A stretch of 63,703 bases of DNA, the filler included, from Diploschistes diacapsis (Eukaryota): NCBI GenBank assembly GCA_023645945.1. It is 6 parts of 6 records of this genome, joined end to end, with 100 filler letters (N's around TTAATTAATTAA, not from the genome) between each part and the next. Parts side by side here need not be neighbours in the genome. Positions count along the whole stretch, not along the records: positions 1 to 29,481 come from JALAIB010000135.1; 5 more parts are not named here. The stretch is one strand, 5' to 3'. Positions within the stretch are counted from its first letter, which is position 1. Each line of letters begins with the position of its first letter. The notes beneath the pieces are model-generated. The model saw only the letters and a program-made list of their open reading frames with translations. It did not search any database and had not been told where the DNA came from. Positions 11,642-24,201 of this stretch are shown piece after piece. The position numbers were made by a program, and so were the translations under genes.

Positions 11642-14600
11642 CTATGGAACATCGCTATCAGAAATGGCAGAATCCGTGACCTCATGTGAATCGAGAACTT
11701 GCTGTGACCCTAGCTGTGTGTCCTCATCGGTACCATTCTCCTCTTCGCTTTCGTCGTCCTCTTCATCCGTTCCTTCCTCGTCCGAGCCCGCCAATTGGGC
11801 ATCCGGCGGTAAATTTCCCCTTTCGATGTGCGTGCGTATGGACTCCCGCAGGGCGTGCATTTTTGCTTCCTGCGTAATGTTGCCATGGGCCTTATGATAC
11901 GCTTTTGTAGGCCCTAAGCCAGCATGAAGGGGTAGTGGATCGGGGCGGCCCACCGCGCGAGCATAAGGCGTAACTTGTCTGCCTGTGGAGTCGCAGAGAT
12001 AGACGGACGGATCAACGACTGGCAAAAGATTAGAAGCTCAGTCACGAATCCTTGCGTGGGTATGCAAGTATGCTTTTCAAGTCTCACCAGCTGGATGAGT
12101 CGAGGGTCCGTCACCCAAACTCGACGCCATTTGGGTAATATGACGCTCGTCGAGGTGCTCTTCGAGAAGCACTGGATCCCCAAAATCAATCTGGTTCTGT
12201 GGACAATGGATCCAGTAACAATGCAGGGCACCGTCAGCGGATTTTTGAGGCTGTGAAATGTGGACATTCTTGACGTGCTTCTTCAATGTGTCCAAATTAT
12301 GTAGCTTAACAGTACAGTCACCCCAGGAGCAAGGGAACTGAATGTATTGGTCGGTGTCAGGGTCTTCGTCTGCATATTGGTTCACAGCCTTCCAGGCTTT
12401 CTTTGGGCGCTTGAATCGAGGTTCAATATAAGAGAGTGGAGTGTCTTTCAATGAGGAAGACGGGGAAGGAACGACAATGCCAATGCCATCTACAGGAACT
12501 TCTGTATTAACTTCGTCTCTTGGCTTTGGGGGCCGCCCAGGCTTCTTCGGGTTATTGACTTCGTGTCCTGACTCTGTTGACTGCCCAGGTCTTTTTGGAG
12601 CAAAGGGTGAATTCTTAGAGCCTGGAGGCCGACCTCGCTTCCTAGGCACTGAGCCAGAATCTGGGCTTTGACTTGGGACGACCTTGGAGGGAGTAGAGTG
12701 CGAAGACTCAAGAGGGGTCTTGACTTTCGGTGGCCGTCCCCTCCTCTTCTGAACCTGCTGGATCGGATTGAGCGACTGAGAGGAAATTCGGATAGATTTG
12801 GGTGAAGAATTCATGGGTAGTTGATCCACAAGGTTTGGTGGATCCTGCAGAACATCTGCAGACGCTGCAACCATCAAATTGCGCCTAGGACTTTCTTGCA
12901 TGACAGCCTCATCTTGCGTGTCAGATGGTGAGTCTACTTCCATGGCGTCAACGTGAGCGCGATCTATGGTCTGCGAAGAACGTTGAGAGGTGGAGGTTAC
13001 CTTGTTGTTTTCTTCTTGACTTTGGTGTTGAGTAATCAGTGTGTTTGGCTGGGTTTCTATAAACGTGGCTGGAGTCTTTTCAGAGCGTGTTTGTTGGGAG
13101 GATTGAACGATTCGAGACGCGTCTCGCGCGCGAGGGCGTCTTCTGCTGACTAAGCCACCTCTAATCGGGTCTGGCTTAGGCTCCTGATCTTCATTTTGGG
13201 GCTTGTAATCGACAATAGATCTGGTTCCAAAGATAAGGCCCCTCACTCTAGGCCTACCCCGGCGACCACGACCTCTTGTCAGAATGCTGTCGAACCTCTT
13301 AGGCTGTTCATTGTGAGCAGCAGCGTCAATGCGATTCGAGTCTTTTGAGGAGACGTTCAGGGCGAGCGCCATATCATCCGGGTTTTCGCTGTCGGACACA
13401 CCTTCAAGAGACGGCAGGACTGTGCCCGGAGGCGGTCCACCAGGGTCTACAAACTCCCAACGAAAGGTGCTGAGATCGGACTTCGTCGTGACGCTTTTGA
13501 AGTTCAAGGCCAGATCCCGCATGTGGAAATTCAGAGGTCTTTCCCTAGGGTGCTCTCCCTTACTAATAAGAATGTCCCGAGCCAAAGTGCTCACATTTAT
13601 ATGCCGATTCTTCAACGCTTCGGCAGCATTGATCGGTTTCACAAGGGCTGCATTCCGCAGCTTTTCCCGCAGTGAGCCTGTCTTATCGTCCTCGAGCCTG
13701 AATCTGTCGAAATACCCAGGCTGTGGGTCTGCTGGTAGGTCTCCGGTCGATACGTATGAATGCTTGGTGGAGTTTTCAAGGTTTGGGTCAATTGCTTCAC
13801 TTTGACTTGGACCTGAACTCGTCAAAATCAGACCAGAACCAACAATGGGGGAAATTGCTTGCTCCTTGCCTGCTTGATCATTCCCTGGCCTTTGCGACTG
13901 GTGCTTCTTTGCTTGGCTCTCGTCATCAGAAAGTTGTGAAAGGTCGACAATTTCGCTGAAATTTCGCTTTCGGGCCGCTTGCTGTTTGGTTGGGGCTGGG
14001 GCCGAGCTGGAAGGAGATCCGCCAGTGATCATGCGCATCTTTTCGTAGTAAGACTTGTATTCTGGAGGTATGCTGTTTGGGCCATTGGGAGTGGGTAGCA
14101 CTGGAGAAACCACATTCGTTGGACTTCCAGAATTTCCTGCATTTCTCTTCTTTCCCTTCTGTGCTGACACTGCGGCTTGTGTTAGGTTGCTGTGCCACTT
14201 AACGGAAGTGCCAGAGCTTGGTTGGTTCTGTCGAGGTGTGGCGTTCCCGTTGGCAGAGGAAGCTGTTTCGTCTTTTCGCGCTCTTTCGTGCTCCATTTTG
14301 GGCGCATTGTCAGAAGCCCCATTTTGAGGAACCACAGAAAGTAGTGTCTTTGCAAAAGGCGCGCGACTGAAATGAAAGCCCCTAGCATTGAGCAGTCCAC
14401 AAAGTTGATCGTACGATGGGTTTTGGTTCAACATCGTGTGAATTTCCGAGGATGCAATGAATTTGCCCTTGTTGACCTCCAAGCCTTCCAAGAATTTTTT
14501 TGCAAACTCTGCTAGTAAAGGTTTCTTCTCTTCTGGCCAAATGGTGGACCGCGGGGACTGTACCGGTGGAGAAGACTGCTGACTTGATGGCGTAGGAGTT

Positions 14601-16351
14601 GGCGTATTATGAAAAGCCTGCATAGCACGACGCATGGATTCGGCGCCAGCATCAGCAGGCGATGTCAGTGCTTGGGGTTTTATATTTGCTCGTGAGCCGG
14701 GGGTCTTTGTAGGAGGAGCAATCTGTGCACCAGCCTGTGGCGACGTTGTGGTCGTTCCTTTGCTAACCCTTGCGATACCTTTATCGTTTCTCCTTCTCCT
14801 ACGCATTGCTGGAAACTTTCCCAAGTCAGGGAGCTGCCCTTCTCCTTCAGCTTCCCCTGCTGATGGAACCATGTCCATAACTGGACTTGGGAATGCTTGA
14901 GCATCAGCATTTGGCGACAGTACAGCAGTTTCGGTTCCCGATGTAGATCCTAGTGTAACAAAGGCTTTACCTAGCTGAGGCGTTTGTGACGCAACGCGGG
15001 CAGGTTGTGGCGGCTGTACCTTCTTGAACTGCTCCCACATTTCACTGAACCCTGTAGGATCTTCTGCTTTGTACTTGCGCATCTTATCTATCATGGCCTT
15101 CATCTCGGCCTGTATGTGCTCACGAGCTTGGCTCTCTGTGCGTGTGTGCATGGAACCATCTTGCAGCGTAGACTGCGCTTGAACAACAGTCGGAGATTGC
15201 CCTTGATGCTGTGGTAATTGCTGAGCAATGTTTGTGGATTCGTTCTTTTTTGAGTTCCTTGCTGCCTCTGCTTCTTCGGCAGCTCTCTTTCGTCGCTGGT
15301 ACTCCGCATGGTCGAAAACTTGATTGGGGTCAATAGTTGCTGGCTGAACCTCATCAGTAGGTGTAGGTGCTGAATTAACAGTGTCTCGTCCTTGGCTCGA
15401 ATCCGTGTACGATTGCATTTCCCCTTGGTATACGCTCGGCTTCTTCTCCTCAATTGCTGGTGGCTCATTCTGGTTCATGATAGCTGAAATTTGATGAGCT
15501 TTGGAGCTTTTCCCGTTCTTTTGGGTACTTCTAGCCGAAGCCAGAGCTGGTTTTGCAGCGGGTGCAGAGCCTGCTGAAGCTTGTGCACTTTGCTGCTGGC
15601 CTGTTCGTGGTCTTTGTGTAACACTCGGTGAGCGGACTGCTTGCTGTGACATTGCAGATGTCGGACGACTTTGAGCGGGATGATTAGGTCGATATTGCAA
15701 TGGCGCCGATGGTGCTTGCGAAATCTGCTGCGATTGTGGCTGCCGTGAAGCTTCGCGAGGATTTGCGTAGGTCCCAGGAGTTCTTGTTCGCTGAAGCTGC
15801 GCCGCTGTTTCCAGTTTGGACGCTGGAGGTTGTTGATACTGAGCAGAGTCTTGTCTCATTTGATAGGTAGGCATAGAGGACTGTTGGCGGCTACCTAATT
15901 GAGGCTGTCCAGCAGCTGGGCTGCTCCTTCCAAGGGTGGAGGCATAAGCCAGATTGCCTAGCGCAGAATTGTCTGCGTAGGAGCGACTGGGCTGATCCGA
16001 CGAAGCTTGGCTCGTGTAACCATAATTTGAGGCCGTCGCTTGCGTAGTAGGTAAATAGGATTGGGATTGTGAATAGGCGTTCGTGTTTTCTGTGGCAGCT
16101 GTCTGCTGATACTGAGGCTGTGAATAATAGCTTGACTGGAAGTTTGGATTTTCAATTGCAGGCTTATTTTGATACTCCTGTTCTCTCTCCGATGACTGTT
16201 GCGCGTACTGCCCGGTTGGTTGATAGTAAGGCGAATAGGGGTTCTGGTAGGCTTGAGAGGTTGAATTAGACTGCTGACTTGCGCTTTGGCCCGCTTGTTG
16301 CCCCGTATAGTATTGCGAGTAGTTCGAATAACCGTAACCATCGTAGGCCAT
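11642..16351 (-). CDS. Large (~1546 aa) predicted nuclear protein: Q/Y/S-rich N-terminus, several AT-hooks, two C-terminal C2H2-like fingers; 2 exons
   Basis: ATG 16351; intron 12087-12019 (GTGAGA...CTAAT...CAG) keeps frame. AT-hook cores RRGRPR, KRRGRPPK, RKRGRPPG, KPGRPPK. Fingers CSWGDC...HVKNVH and CYWIHC...HLDERH. Acidic tail. Confidence 0.75.
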
Positions 16352-16851
16352 CTTGCAAGCACTAGACTGATGGCGAGCCAGACCCAGAGCAGTTACGACA
16401 CCACGCGTAGACTGAGACGCCACTCACGCGAGGTGCGAATGATCGAACGCCTTTACAGCGTGAGATAAGTCCGTCAAACCGTAGACACTAACATGATCAT
16501 GAATAATCGATGAAATTACATCCAATGCAAATGGATGGTGAGAACGCGTTGGGCATAGAACACAGTCCTGTCGGCGGCCCGCTTGAACTAGAAGTTTTCA
16601 TTTGCTACTCGGTATTAAGTGTACTTAAATCCGGTAAGGCTAGAACACGGTCTGACTGCCGCCCACAAATCTCTCGGTTTTGAGCGATATTATGAAAGTA
16701 ACTATCAACAGATAATCCTCAAACCATTGTCGCCCACAAATCTGAGGACACGTCCTTGAAATCGTCGTAAGCAATCACTAGGTTATTACCGCCCGCAACA
16801 TCTGTAACTCACACGTGCCACAGGTAAAGTAGATATCAGGTCACTACCACT

Positions 16852-17497
16852 ATGACGAAGCATATGAAAAGTGGTATGCACTGCAAGAACTGTATCACAT
16901 CGAGACTAGAAATTTAACTACAGGAATTAGGTGTCGCTTCATCGCGGAGGAAGTCACGGAAAAGCTATTATGAAGCCCCCTCCAGCGTTCGACGAGTTTT
17001 CATGTCTGCATCTCTCAACAAAGATCTACGCGAAAAGCATGGTGTATGCATTACTTATCGCCTGGAGCATACGTTTGCGGTATTGGAGCAATTTCCTACT
17101 AATGCTCTTACCTTAGGTTCGCTCGATACCAATCCGTAAGGATGACGAGGTCAGCGGAATATCGATTGGAAGGCAGGCTCTTGATGCTAACGTAGAGCAA
17201 GGTCTTGATTACCCGTGGTTCGAACAAAGGTCGCGAAGGCAAGGTCACCTCGGTCTACCGGCTCAAATATGTTATTCATGTCGGGTTTCTGTTCAACCAC
17301 GGATAGATGTAGTACTAATTTTATTATAGGTTGAGAGGGTAAATCGGGAGAAGACGAATGGTCAATCTGTTCCCCTAGGCATTCATCCCAGCAACTGCGT
17401 CATCACCAAACTGAAGCTAGATAAGGACAGGGAGAACATACTCGAAAGGAAGAAGGTTGGCCGTGAGGCTAAGGCGAACCAGATGAGCAAGGCATGA
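16852..17497 (+). CDS. RPL26: 60S ribosomal protein L26 (uL24), 5 coding exons
   Basis: Spliced translation [123 protein letters not shown]...*. Confidence 0.95.
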
Positions 17498-18401
17498 GCG
17501 CGGAATGTTTTGACGTGGAAGCATACAGTTTTGTGCACAACCGAGCCACTGCTGTAGAACTGCGGCGATTCCATGGATTAAGAGCTTGTTCGAGATCCAA
17601 GGTTGATTTGACAGCCAGGATTAGCAGTTTTGCTATCGACTCCATTTCAGGCGTCCAGAGACAAAGGATATCATCATTTTTAAAGCATATTAACACTTTG
17701 CTTTCTTCTTCAGATTGTGGTCATGTCCAGCGCTACATGTGTAACAGCTATCCTCGTTCATGCCCGAATCGGTGCTCCTAGCGCGTTTCTTGATTTGAGT
17801 CCCAACACATCTCAGGTTCTACGAATCCTTCGTTTTCCTTCCAATCTTCCTATGGATTGCAAGTAATGCCGCAGATCTCGCAATCTACGATGCCAGATAA
17901 TCTCCTTCACAACCCTTCTTCATGGTCGTGGCGGTATACGGCTGGCTCAGAACGAAACCGATGGCTTTTCCTCCAGAAATGCTTTCATCTTGCCGGCAGA
18001 CTGTCCCGGAGAGCTCTGCGCTCTAGGAAGCGGTTGGTTTGATGGCGAGGGACACAGTCTGTGGGCGTCTGTTACATTGCAGAATACGTTGTCTCCCAAG
18101 GCACAGTTGTGACTTGGGCTTGCTCAAACATTCCAATGTGTCAGTGCGTAAATTGCTAATTAGCTTAATTTATTGCTTGCTGATTCTAAATACATTTTCA
18201 CCCAAGCTCCTGTAATTTGCAGGAAGCACCTTGGTGCTCTCTACTACTGAGTGCTCTTGTATTACCTAATCGAATGTGTTATCAAACATGCGGTAGGAGA
18301 AAGAATCTTTGTTCCGTTAACTATATACATGCGGAACAACTAAAAAACGCTACCACCGAATACTCCCAAACTTATGCGCCCCGTTGCCAAAGTATTCCGA
18401 A

Positions 18402-19073
18402 TTACAGCATGGCCATTCCGACAACGCCAGCAGCCGCCGCAACAGCTCCTATCATGACACCCGGACCAGCTGTCGGGGCAGCCGCCAAGCCAGACGAAGT
18501 GGATATGGACGCGCTAGTCACAGCGCTGCCCGTAGCGGTGGACGTTGCGCTTCCCGAGCTGGTGGAAGGGACAGCGATGTCGCTGCTCACAATCTTGAGT
18601 ATGTTCGTCGTCCACGTCGCTTCCGCCTGCAGGAGCGACGTCTCGTAGGCCATGATGGCGGAGGAGGCGGGCAGGCCGGTCACGAGTGCCGAAAGACTGG
18701 CGAGGCCTAGGGTAGGGTTCGTTTGGGCGATGTTCTCTGCGCTCTCGATGCTAATGAAGAGGCCGTTGGGGATGGAGATATCGGTCTGGAGGGGATCTTC
18801 TGGGGCGATCGAATCCCAGACGTCTTGGTATTGGTTGATGTCTTGATACAACCTGGAGACCTGGGCCGGGCTGAGGGTAGCCGTGGGAGCTACGGTGCTG
18901 ACGAATTGGAGGATATCTGATGTGGCATAGATGTATTTCTCTGAGGCAGACGCTATCGAACGGGATGACGAAGGTGTGGTTGTCGATGATGTAGAAGCGG
19001 AGGGCTGCTGTGCGTGGGCGCCGCCAGTGAGGGCGGCCGCGAAGGTAATGGCTGTCAAGGTTGAATGCATCAT
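18402..19073 (-). CDS. Predicted GPI-anchored Ser/Thr-rich cell-surface protein
   Basis: Signal peptide MMHSTLTAITFAAALTGGAHA, S/T-rich stalk and hydrophobic C-terminus GVMIGAVAAAAGVVGMAML. Confidence 0.8.
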   Translation of the reverse strand: MMHSTLTAITFAAALTGGAHAQQPSASTSSTTTPSSSRSIASASEKYIYATSDILQFVSTVAPTATLSPAQVSRLYQDINQYQDVWDSIAPEDPLQTDISIPNGLFISIESAENIAQTNPTLGLASLSALVTGLPASSAIMAYETSLLQAEATWTTNILKIVSSDIAVPSTSSGSATSTATGSAVTSASISTSSGLAAAPTAGPGVMIGAVAAAAGVVGMAML

Positions 19074-20213
19074 GAAGCTAAAAAATATTTCTCTTCTAAA
19101 GAAGGAGCAAGGGATAGCTGTGTTCGGTATACTTGATGACGAGACAACTGGAAACAATACGATAGAGATGACAGGAAGAGAGGCATGGACAATATAGCTT
19201 TATGTAGATGTTAACATCTTCCTATGGTCTTAGATATGCTTATTGCTGGCCAGTCTAAGTATAAGTCGGGGCTTGTAAGATGAAGCCGAGAGCTTGAGAT
19301 TTCGGTAGAGGGGTACCTTTGGAGATCCCAACACTGCAGCAGGATTCCACAGGTAAGGTCTGTTGTGCCTTTGTACATCTTATTTTCTACCTGCGCCATG
19401 CGACAGGTAACTCAGAATGGACCAGCCAAATCCTTCAAGAGAACAATTGAAGTAGCATCGCCAAGACCTAGGGATGCGTACTATCATCTCCTCGTAGATT
19501 AGTGATGGTATCTATTTAGCGACAAGTCGGCAGCCGACAAATCCCGCTACTTAGGAGCTTTGAATACCATTGTTCAAGGCGAACACTGTAGGGAGTGTCC
19601 GTGTATAGCGAGCATTCTGAAGTTGCAGGTCTGCTAGATAAAGGTCCAAAGGGTTGGAGGGTTGGGGTCATCGGTGGTCTCATAGTAATCGCAGAGCAAC
19701 AACAACGTCTGCTGGGCTTGATAAGAGCTGGGGAGTTTCTAAATTTAGCAGAGGATCCAGCAGCATTACCTAAGCTATCGACAGCAGCGCCTCGCTTCAG
19801 CCCCAGGAGCCTTACAAGACAGCCCTACCATCCAGCACTTCGAAATCTCTTAAGCGAATAGAACCATATAAATCACGCTCCAAAGTATACTTCAGGCAGA
19901 GCTTGGTCATTGACTGATTCGTAACTCATCAGGTTTGAAAAGATAGAGGCGAATGCGGATCGAAGAGCAAGGGATTTCTTAATGACGCGCGAACACGCAT
20001 GATTAAACTGGAAAAGACCGAAGGGCTAAGGTTTGCAGCTGTTAGTTAGGCGAAATATCCTTCGAAGCCTCCCTAGCCAGCATGACAGAGGTGCTTGATC
20101 AGACACCAAAGCAGTAGTGATAATAGGTTGCACAGCCTCTTGTCGTCAGAAAGGCCTATCAATGTTTCGGGTATATAACCAGCGAGCAAGTCCAATGAAA
20201 TCGACAAGATCAT

Positions 20214-21752
20214 CTATCGCAACGGCGCAGTGGAGTTCTGGAAAGAAGAGAAGTTGGTAGAATGCTCCAGCTGCGCGTCGTCCCCCTCTATGTCCTCTGC
20301 GTCGCTTTCCAGGTCTCGCAGAGCGTCTTGTTCTTCCCTATTAAGTCGCCTCCTCCCCTCAAAGTCATCATCCGCTCCATCTTCAGTAAGAATGGCAAAC
20401 TGCTCGACTTCAAACCGGGCCTCGAAGTTCTCGTCGCATGATTCCAACTGGCAAACGACCTGAAGCACATATTCACGAGCGATGTTGAACGTCCGAAACG
20501 CCGGCTGGAAATGATGTGGCCTTATAAAGATATGTTTCGACAGGTCTAGACTATCTGGCAATTCCTCAATAGGTTCCTTCAGCTCAGCTACCACGACAGG
20601 TTCGGATCTCCAAATTTGGTGCAAGCTGCCTGTCGCTATGACAAACCCTGAATTGATGTTGTCATCCTCCGGCATGGCACGCATCAGCGTTCTTCGCAAC
20701 ACACTCACTGTTGCCGATTTCAGGGATAATGACGGCCTAGTCACTCCATATGCGCTGCGCACGGAACTGGGTACATGCCAGAAAATCTTCAACGATATGG
20801 ACAGCGGATTAGAAAGTCGGCCGGATCGTGGAAGCGTGGCATCGATATCAAAAGTGTAGCGAGATAGGGTAAATGGTAGGAACGAGGTTTTGAACTTTGT
20901 CCCGAGGCTCGGCGAAGGTAAATTTTCAGCCGGCTCCGCAGCTGAAGACGTCTTTTTATCTGTGGTAGGGTACTTTGAAGGAGACGACGACGGAGTTGAA
21001 GGCAACCCTGACCGGAACTTGAACGTGCAGCGCTTCGTAAGAGTGCTATTGGTGTCTGATGCCATAAGAGCTTTCTTATCATTCACGACAATGCTAATAG
21101 GCACTTCATGCTGAACGTCTCTCTGGTTTTGCCGCTTCAATACAAGTTTTGCGGTCACGTAGTACCCTATGGAGCACTTTGATCGGACATCTGCCTGATT
21201 CTTGTCGGTGAAGATGGGTGGAAGCGGCTGAATCAGGTTGCTGTTGAACCTGCGCGTGTTTTCGTCGAAGGGCAGTTTGGCGATGGTGCACGTCCTTGGA
21301 ATGCCCAATTCAAATGGCCACTCATAGCGCTTTGGAGCCAAGACAGCAGTCCCCGGATCGATCTCGACAGTCTCATTCAATAGTTGGATGTCTGATCTGT
21401 ATATCATCTTGAAGGATTGTCCCGTGGATCTGAGCGACTTGGCTTTGGCGAAACCGGTCAGACTAACAGCGATATCTCGTACAGCTATGGGTTCGGAGAC
21501 CATGAGACGAATAGTACCACATATCGTGTCCCCCGGACTTGGGCACTTGCTCCTCTCGTCGAGAACGACTCGAATGATGTTTGGCGGGGGCCGATTGAAG
21601 GGAAGGTGTAGTTGAGGCAAATTCGGCAGAAGCGCCTTTACGATAGCACCCTTGTTCTCAAGTCCACCTACTCCTCGGGAGAGAAGCTCAAGCGCTCGAG
21701 AGCCTTGTGGCTTGCCGCCCTCGACTAGTGCATCCGACATACTGATAAACAC
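20214..21752 (-). CDS. Alpha-arrestin-like protein (arrestin N-domain)
   Basis: PGDTICGTIRL...IAVSLTGFAKAK...YEWPFELGIP...LPPIF...IGYYVTAKL pattern and C-terminal AFRTFNIAREYVL. Start codon uncertain. Confidence 0.7.
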   Translation of the reverse strand: MFISMSDALVEGGKPQGSRALELLSRGVGGLENKGAIVKALLPNLPQLHLPFNRPPPNIIRVVLDERSKCPSPGDTICGTIRLMVSEPIAVRDIAVSLTGFAKAKSLRSTGQSFKMIYRSDIQLLNETVEIDPGTAVLAPKRYEWPFELGIPRTCTIAKLPFDENTRRFNSNLIQPLPPIFTDKNQADVRSKCSIGYYVTAKLVLKRQNQRDVQHEVPISIVVNDKKALMASDTNSTLTKRCTFKFRSGLPSTPSSSPSKYPTTDKKTSSAAEPAENLPSPSLGTKFKTSFLPFTLSRYTFDIDATLPRSGRLSNPLSISLKIFWHVPSSVRSAYGVTRPSLSLKSATVSVLRRTLMRAMPEDDNINSGFVIATGSLHQIWRSEPVVVAELKEPIEELPDSLDLSKHIFIRPHHFQPAFRTFNIAREYVLQVVCQLESCDENFEARFEVEQFAILTEDGADDDFEGRRRLNREEQDALRDLESDAEDIEGDDAQLEHSTNFSSFQNSTAPLR

Positions 21753-24201
21753 TAGCTTCTTACATACAGCCTCTCATGAGTTTCTGAGCAAGTCTAGGGC
21801 CTCACGCTTTCGGGATGTATGTCAAGCCCTAAGACAGTAGTAATAGGCATTCTATTCCGGCCAGTCCACAATGTAGAGAGAGAGATTATGGCTTTGTAAT
21901 GCACGAACAATATACAAGAAGAGTAGAAAAGAAGAACTGAAATATATTTACACAACAGACCTACATCAGCGTATGTGTACCAGATCACCCGCCACCTGTA
22001 CATCGGCAAAGGCCGACTTCTCTTGGCCAGAGTTGTAAAGTTGTACTCCGTCAAAAGAACGTGTGCTTGGTATGCAGGCTAATCAACGGCTAAGAGCTAC
22101 CGGATTCAGTTTCATCGCCGAACCGTCTTCTACCACAATTTTGGACACGTATTGAGGTTCAAGGTCAAGTGAAAGCCATTGATAGCCCTACTTTTGCGAC
22201 AATGGACGACACCAGCGTCACAAAGTTATAGGTAGTCTAAAACACCACTTACAACTATCTGATGGTCTGCTGCAACATATTTCGGGCTATGCTATAATTA
22301 GGGGTCGCGTTTTCTGTGATCGCTTACGAATAGTCCCCGTTGATACATTTACACTCTTATTGTCCGAAGCCCTCGCGGTCGGTCCGGGAGCTTGCCCCTG
22401 AAGTATTGCTCGATATCCAAGACGCCTAAGAAGCATTGGACACTACAAAGGAGGAGTAAGCGTCTTGCCTTGATATTAATATCGAATCTCGCATGCTTCA
22501 CTCGCTCGGTAGGTAAGCAAGATCTCAATTTTTCCACTTCCTGGAGCTCGTAGCTTTGAGTACTTCATTGGAGATGGATCGGGAATGCGGTTTAGTAGGA
22601 AGCGTCTACGCTTATTAAAGAGCAGTGAAACCCCAGATATGAGCTTCCATGAAGGCATGTGCAACAAAGCGCCCTGAGACCTAGTAGCCGGCTTTCCTAC
22701 TCTTGACTATTCCGCTTCCTGCTTCTCTTGCTTTCCATCTGTTGTCTTCTCCTATATTCCAGCTTGCTTCTTTAGGAGCTTCGGTCCCTCAAGATCTACT
22801 GCAAGGGAGCAGTACTGAGGTCTTAATCATCTTGAACCGATTCTTCTGCTTTGCCTGTGATTCGTCGGCCGTGAGCACAACAGTCTCTAGGAATATGTCT
22901 TACCCATCTTCCAGTTGGAATGGGAGGACTTTCGTCATCGTCAATAGGAAGTTTGACACAGCCCTTGATCTGTTCAAAGGTAAGTTTTCTCCATTCCACT
23001 GGAAAGGAGCCAACGAATCCCTCCAAGCTTCTAAGCCCGATAATCTACCAGGCAACAGAGCCAATGATGCCCCCGTGTTTGGAAGGGCTCTTGATGCCCG
23101 GAGGACTTGCCGCCAATGGATTCTAGAGAATGTCTAGCGAAGAAGATACGTCCCGACGGTGGCTGAGGAATGTGAGATCGAATAGTAAGTGCAAAGCCTG
23201 TACCTGTAAGCGTCCGTGAGCATCCTGCCATGTTAGCGATCAGCTAAGGAAATATGCTCATAAGCAGTATCGGGCGTTAATTGCATATATAGCTTACCTC
23301 GAAATCGCCAGCGGTAGCAGAAAAGATGGTAGTCCCGCGCAGTGTACAGCGCCTGCATGCGAGCATTGCATTGTCAGGAAAAACCAGGAGTGGATCATCA
23401 AAACAGACGAGATACAACCCGGAGCAGTTGTCTTCATAACGGTATTTCCTGTTGCTTATGCCTTACGAGATAGTCAAAGCGTACTGATACACAAATGCTG
23501 GTGAAAGGGTCCAGAACGTAAAAGGCTGCACTATGCTGGATCTCCATAACGGTTCATCCGAAAACGGGTAAACCGTCTGTCTTCTTTGCTGCGAAAACGG
23601 CGTGCAGTAGCAGAGCGAACGGTTATAAACTGACACTTGATACTTTAATCTAGTACGCCGGTTGACGGATACCATCCGACCCCAATTGAGGCCAGTCAGG
23701 CTTGGAAATTCTGGCGTTATTGAAGAACCACGAAGGACTTGGGAAGAGATCAATTATGTCGCTAGGACATAGCAATAAGACCTGATGATGAAAGGTAGGG
23801 GCTGCGCAATAGATATCAAGACCTACGAGCCATTAACAACTCATGGAAGAATGGGTGGACGTCCAAAATACACAGGTGGTGCAAACGAAAGTTATGTAAC
23901 CAAGCTACAGCGGCACGGATTGGATTTAGGCCAGGGTACTCGCCGAGATGTTCCGTCCATTCCATCCGTCTTCCTTCCTCTTGTGATTATAGAGCACTCC
24001 CTAACCTACCAGGCAGCTCCGAACTCTTGTGCGTCAACGGCCTCTCGTAGGGTCAGCATACTTTTGCTTAGAAATAGACAGGAGGATGTATGTCCCTAAT
24101 TCCATAGATAAAACACACAATTAATATCCATACCAAGAGCCAAGAGACCGGACCAGAAAGCATTCCATACATCCTGCATAGGTAAGACTAGTTTTAGGTC
24201 T

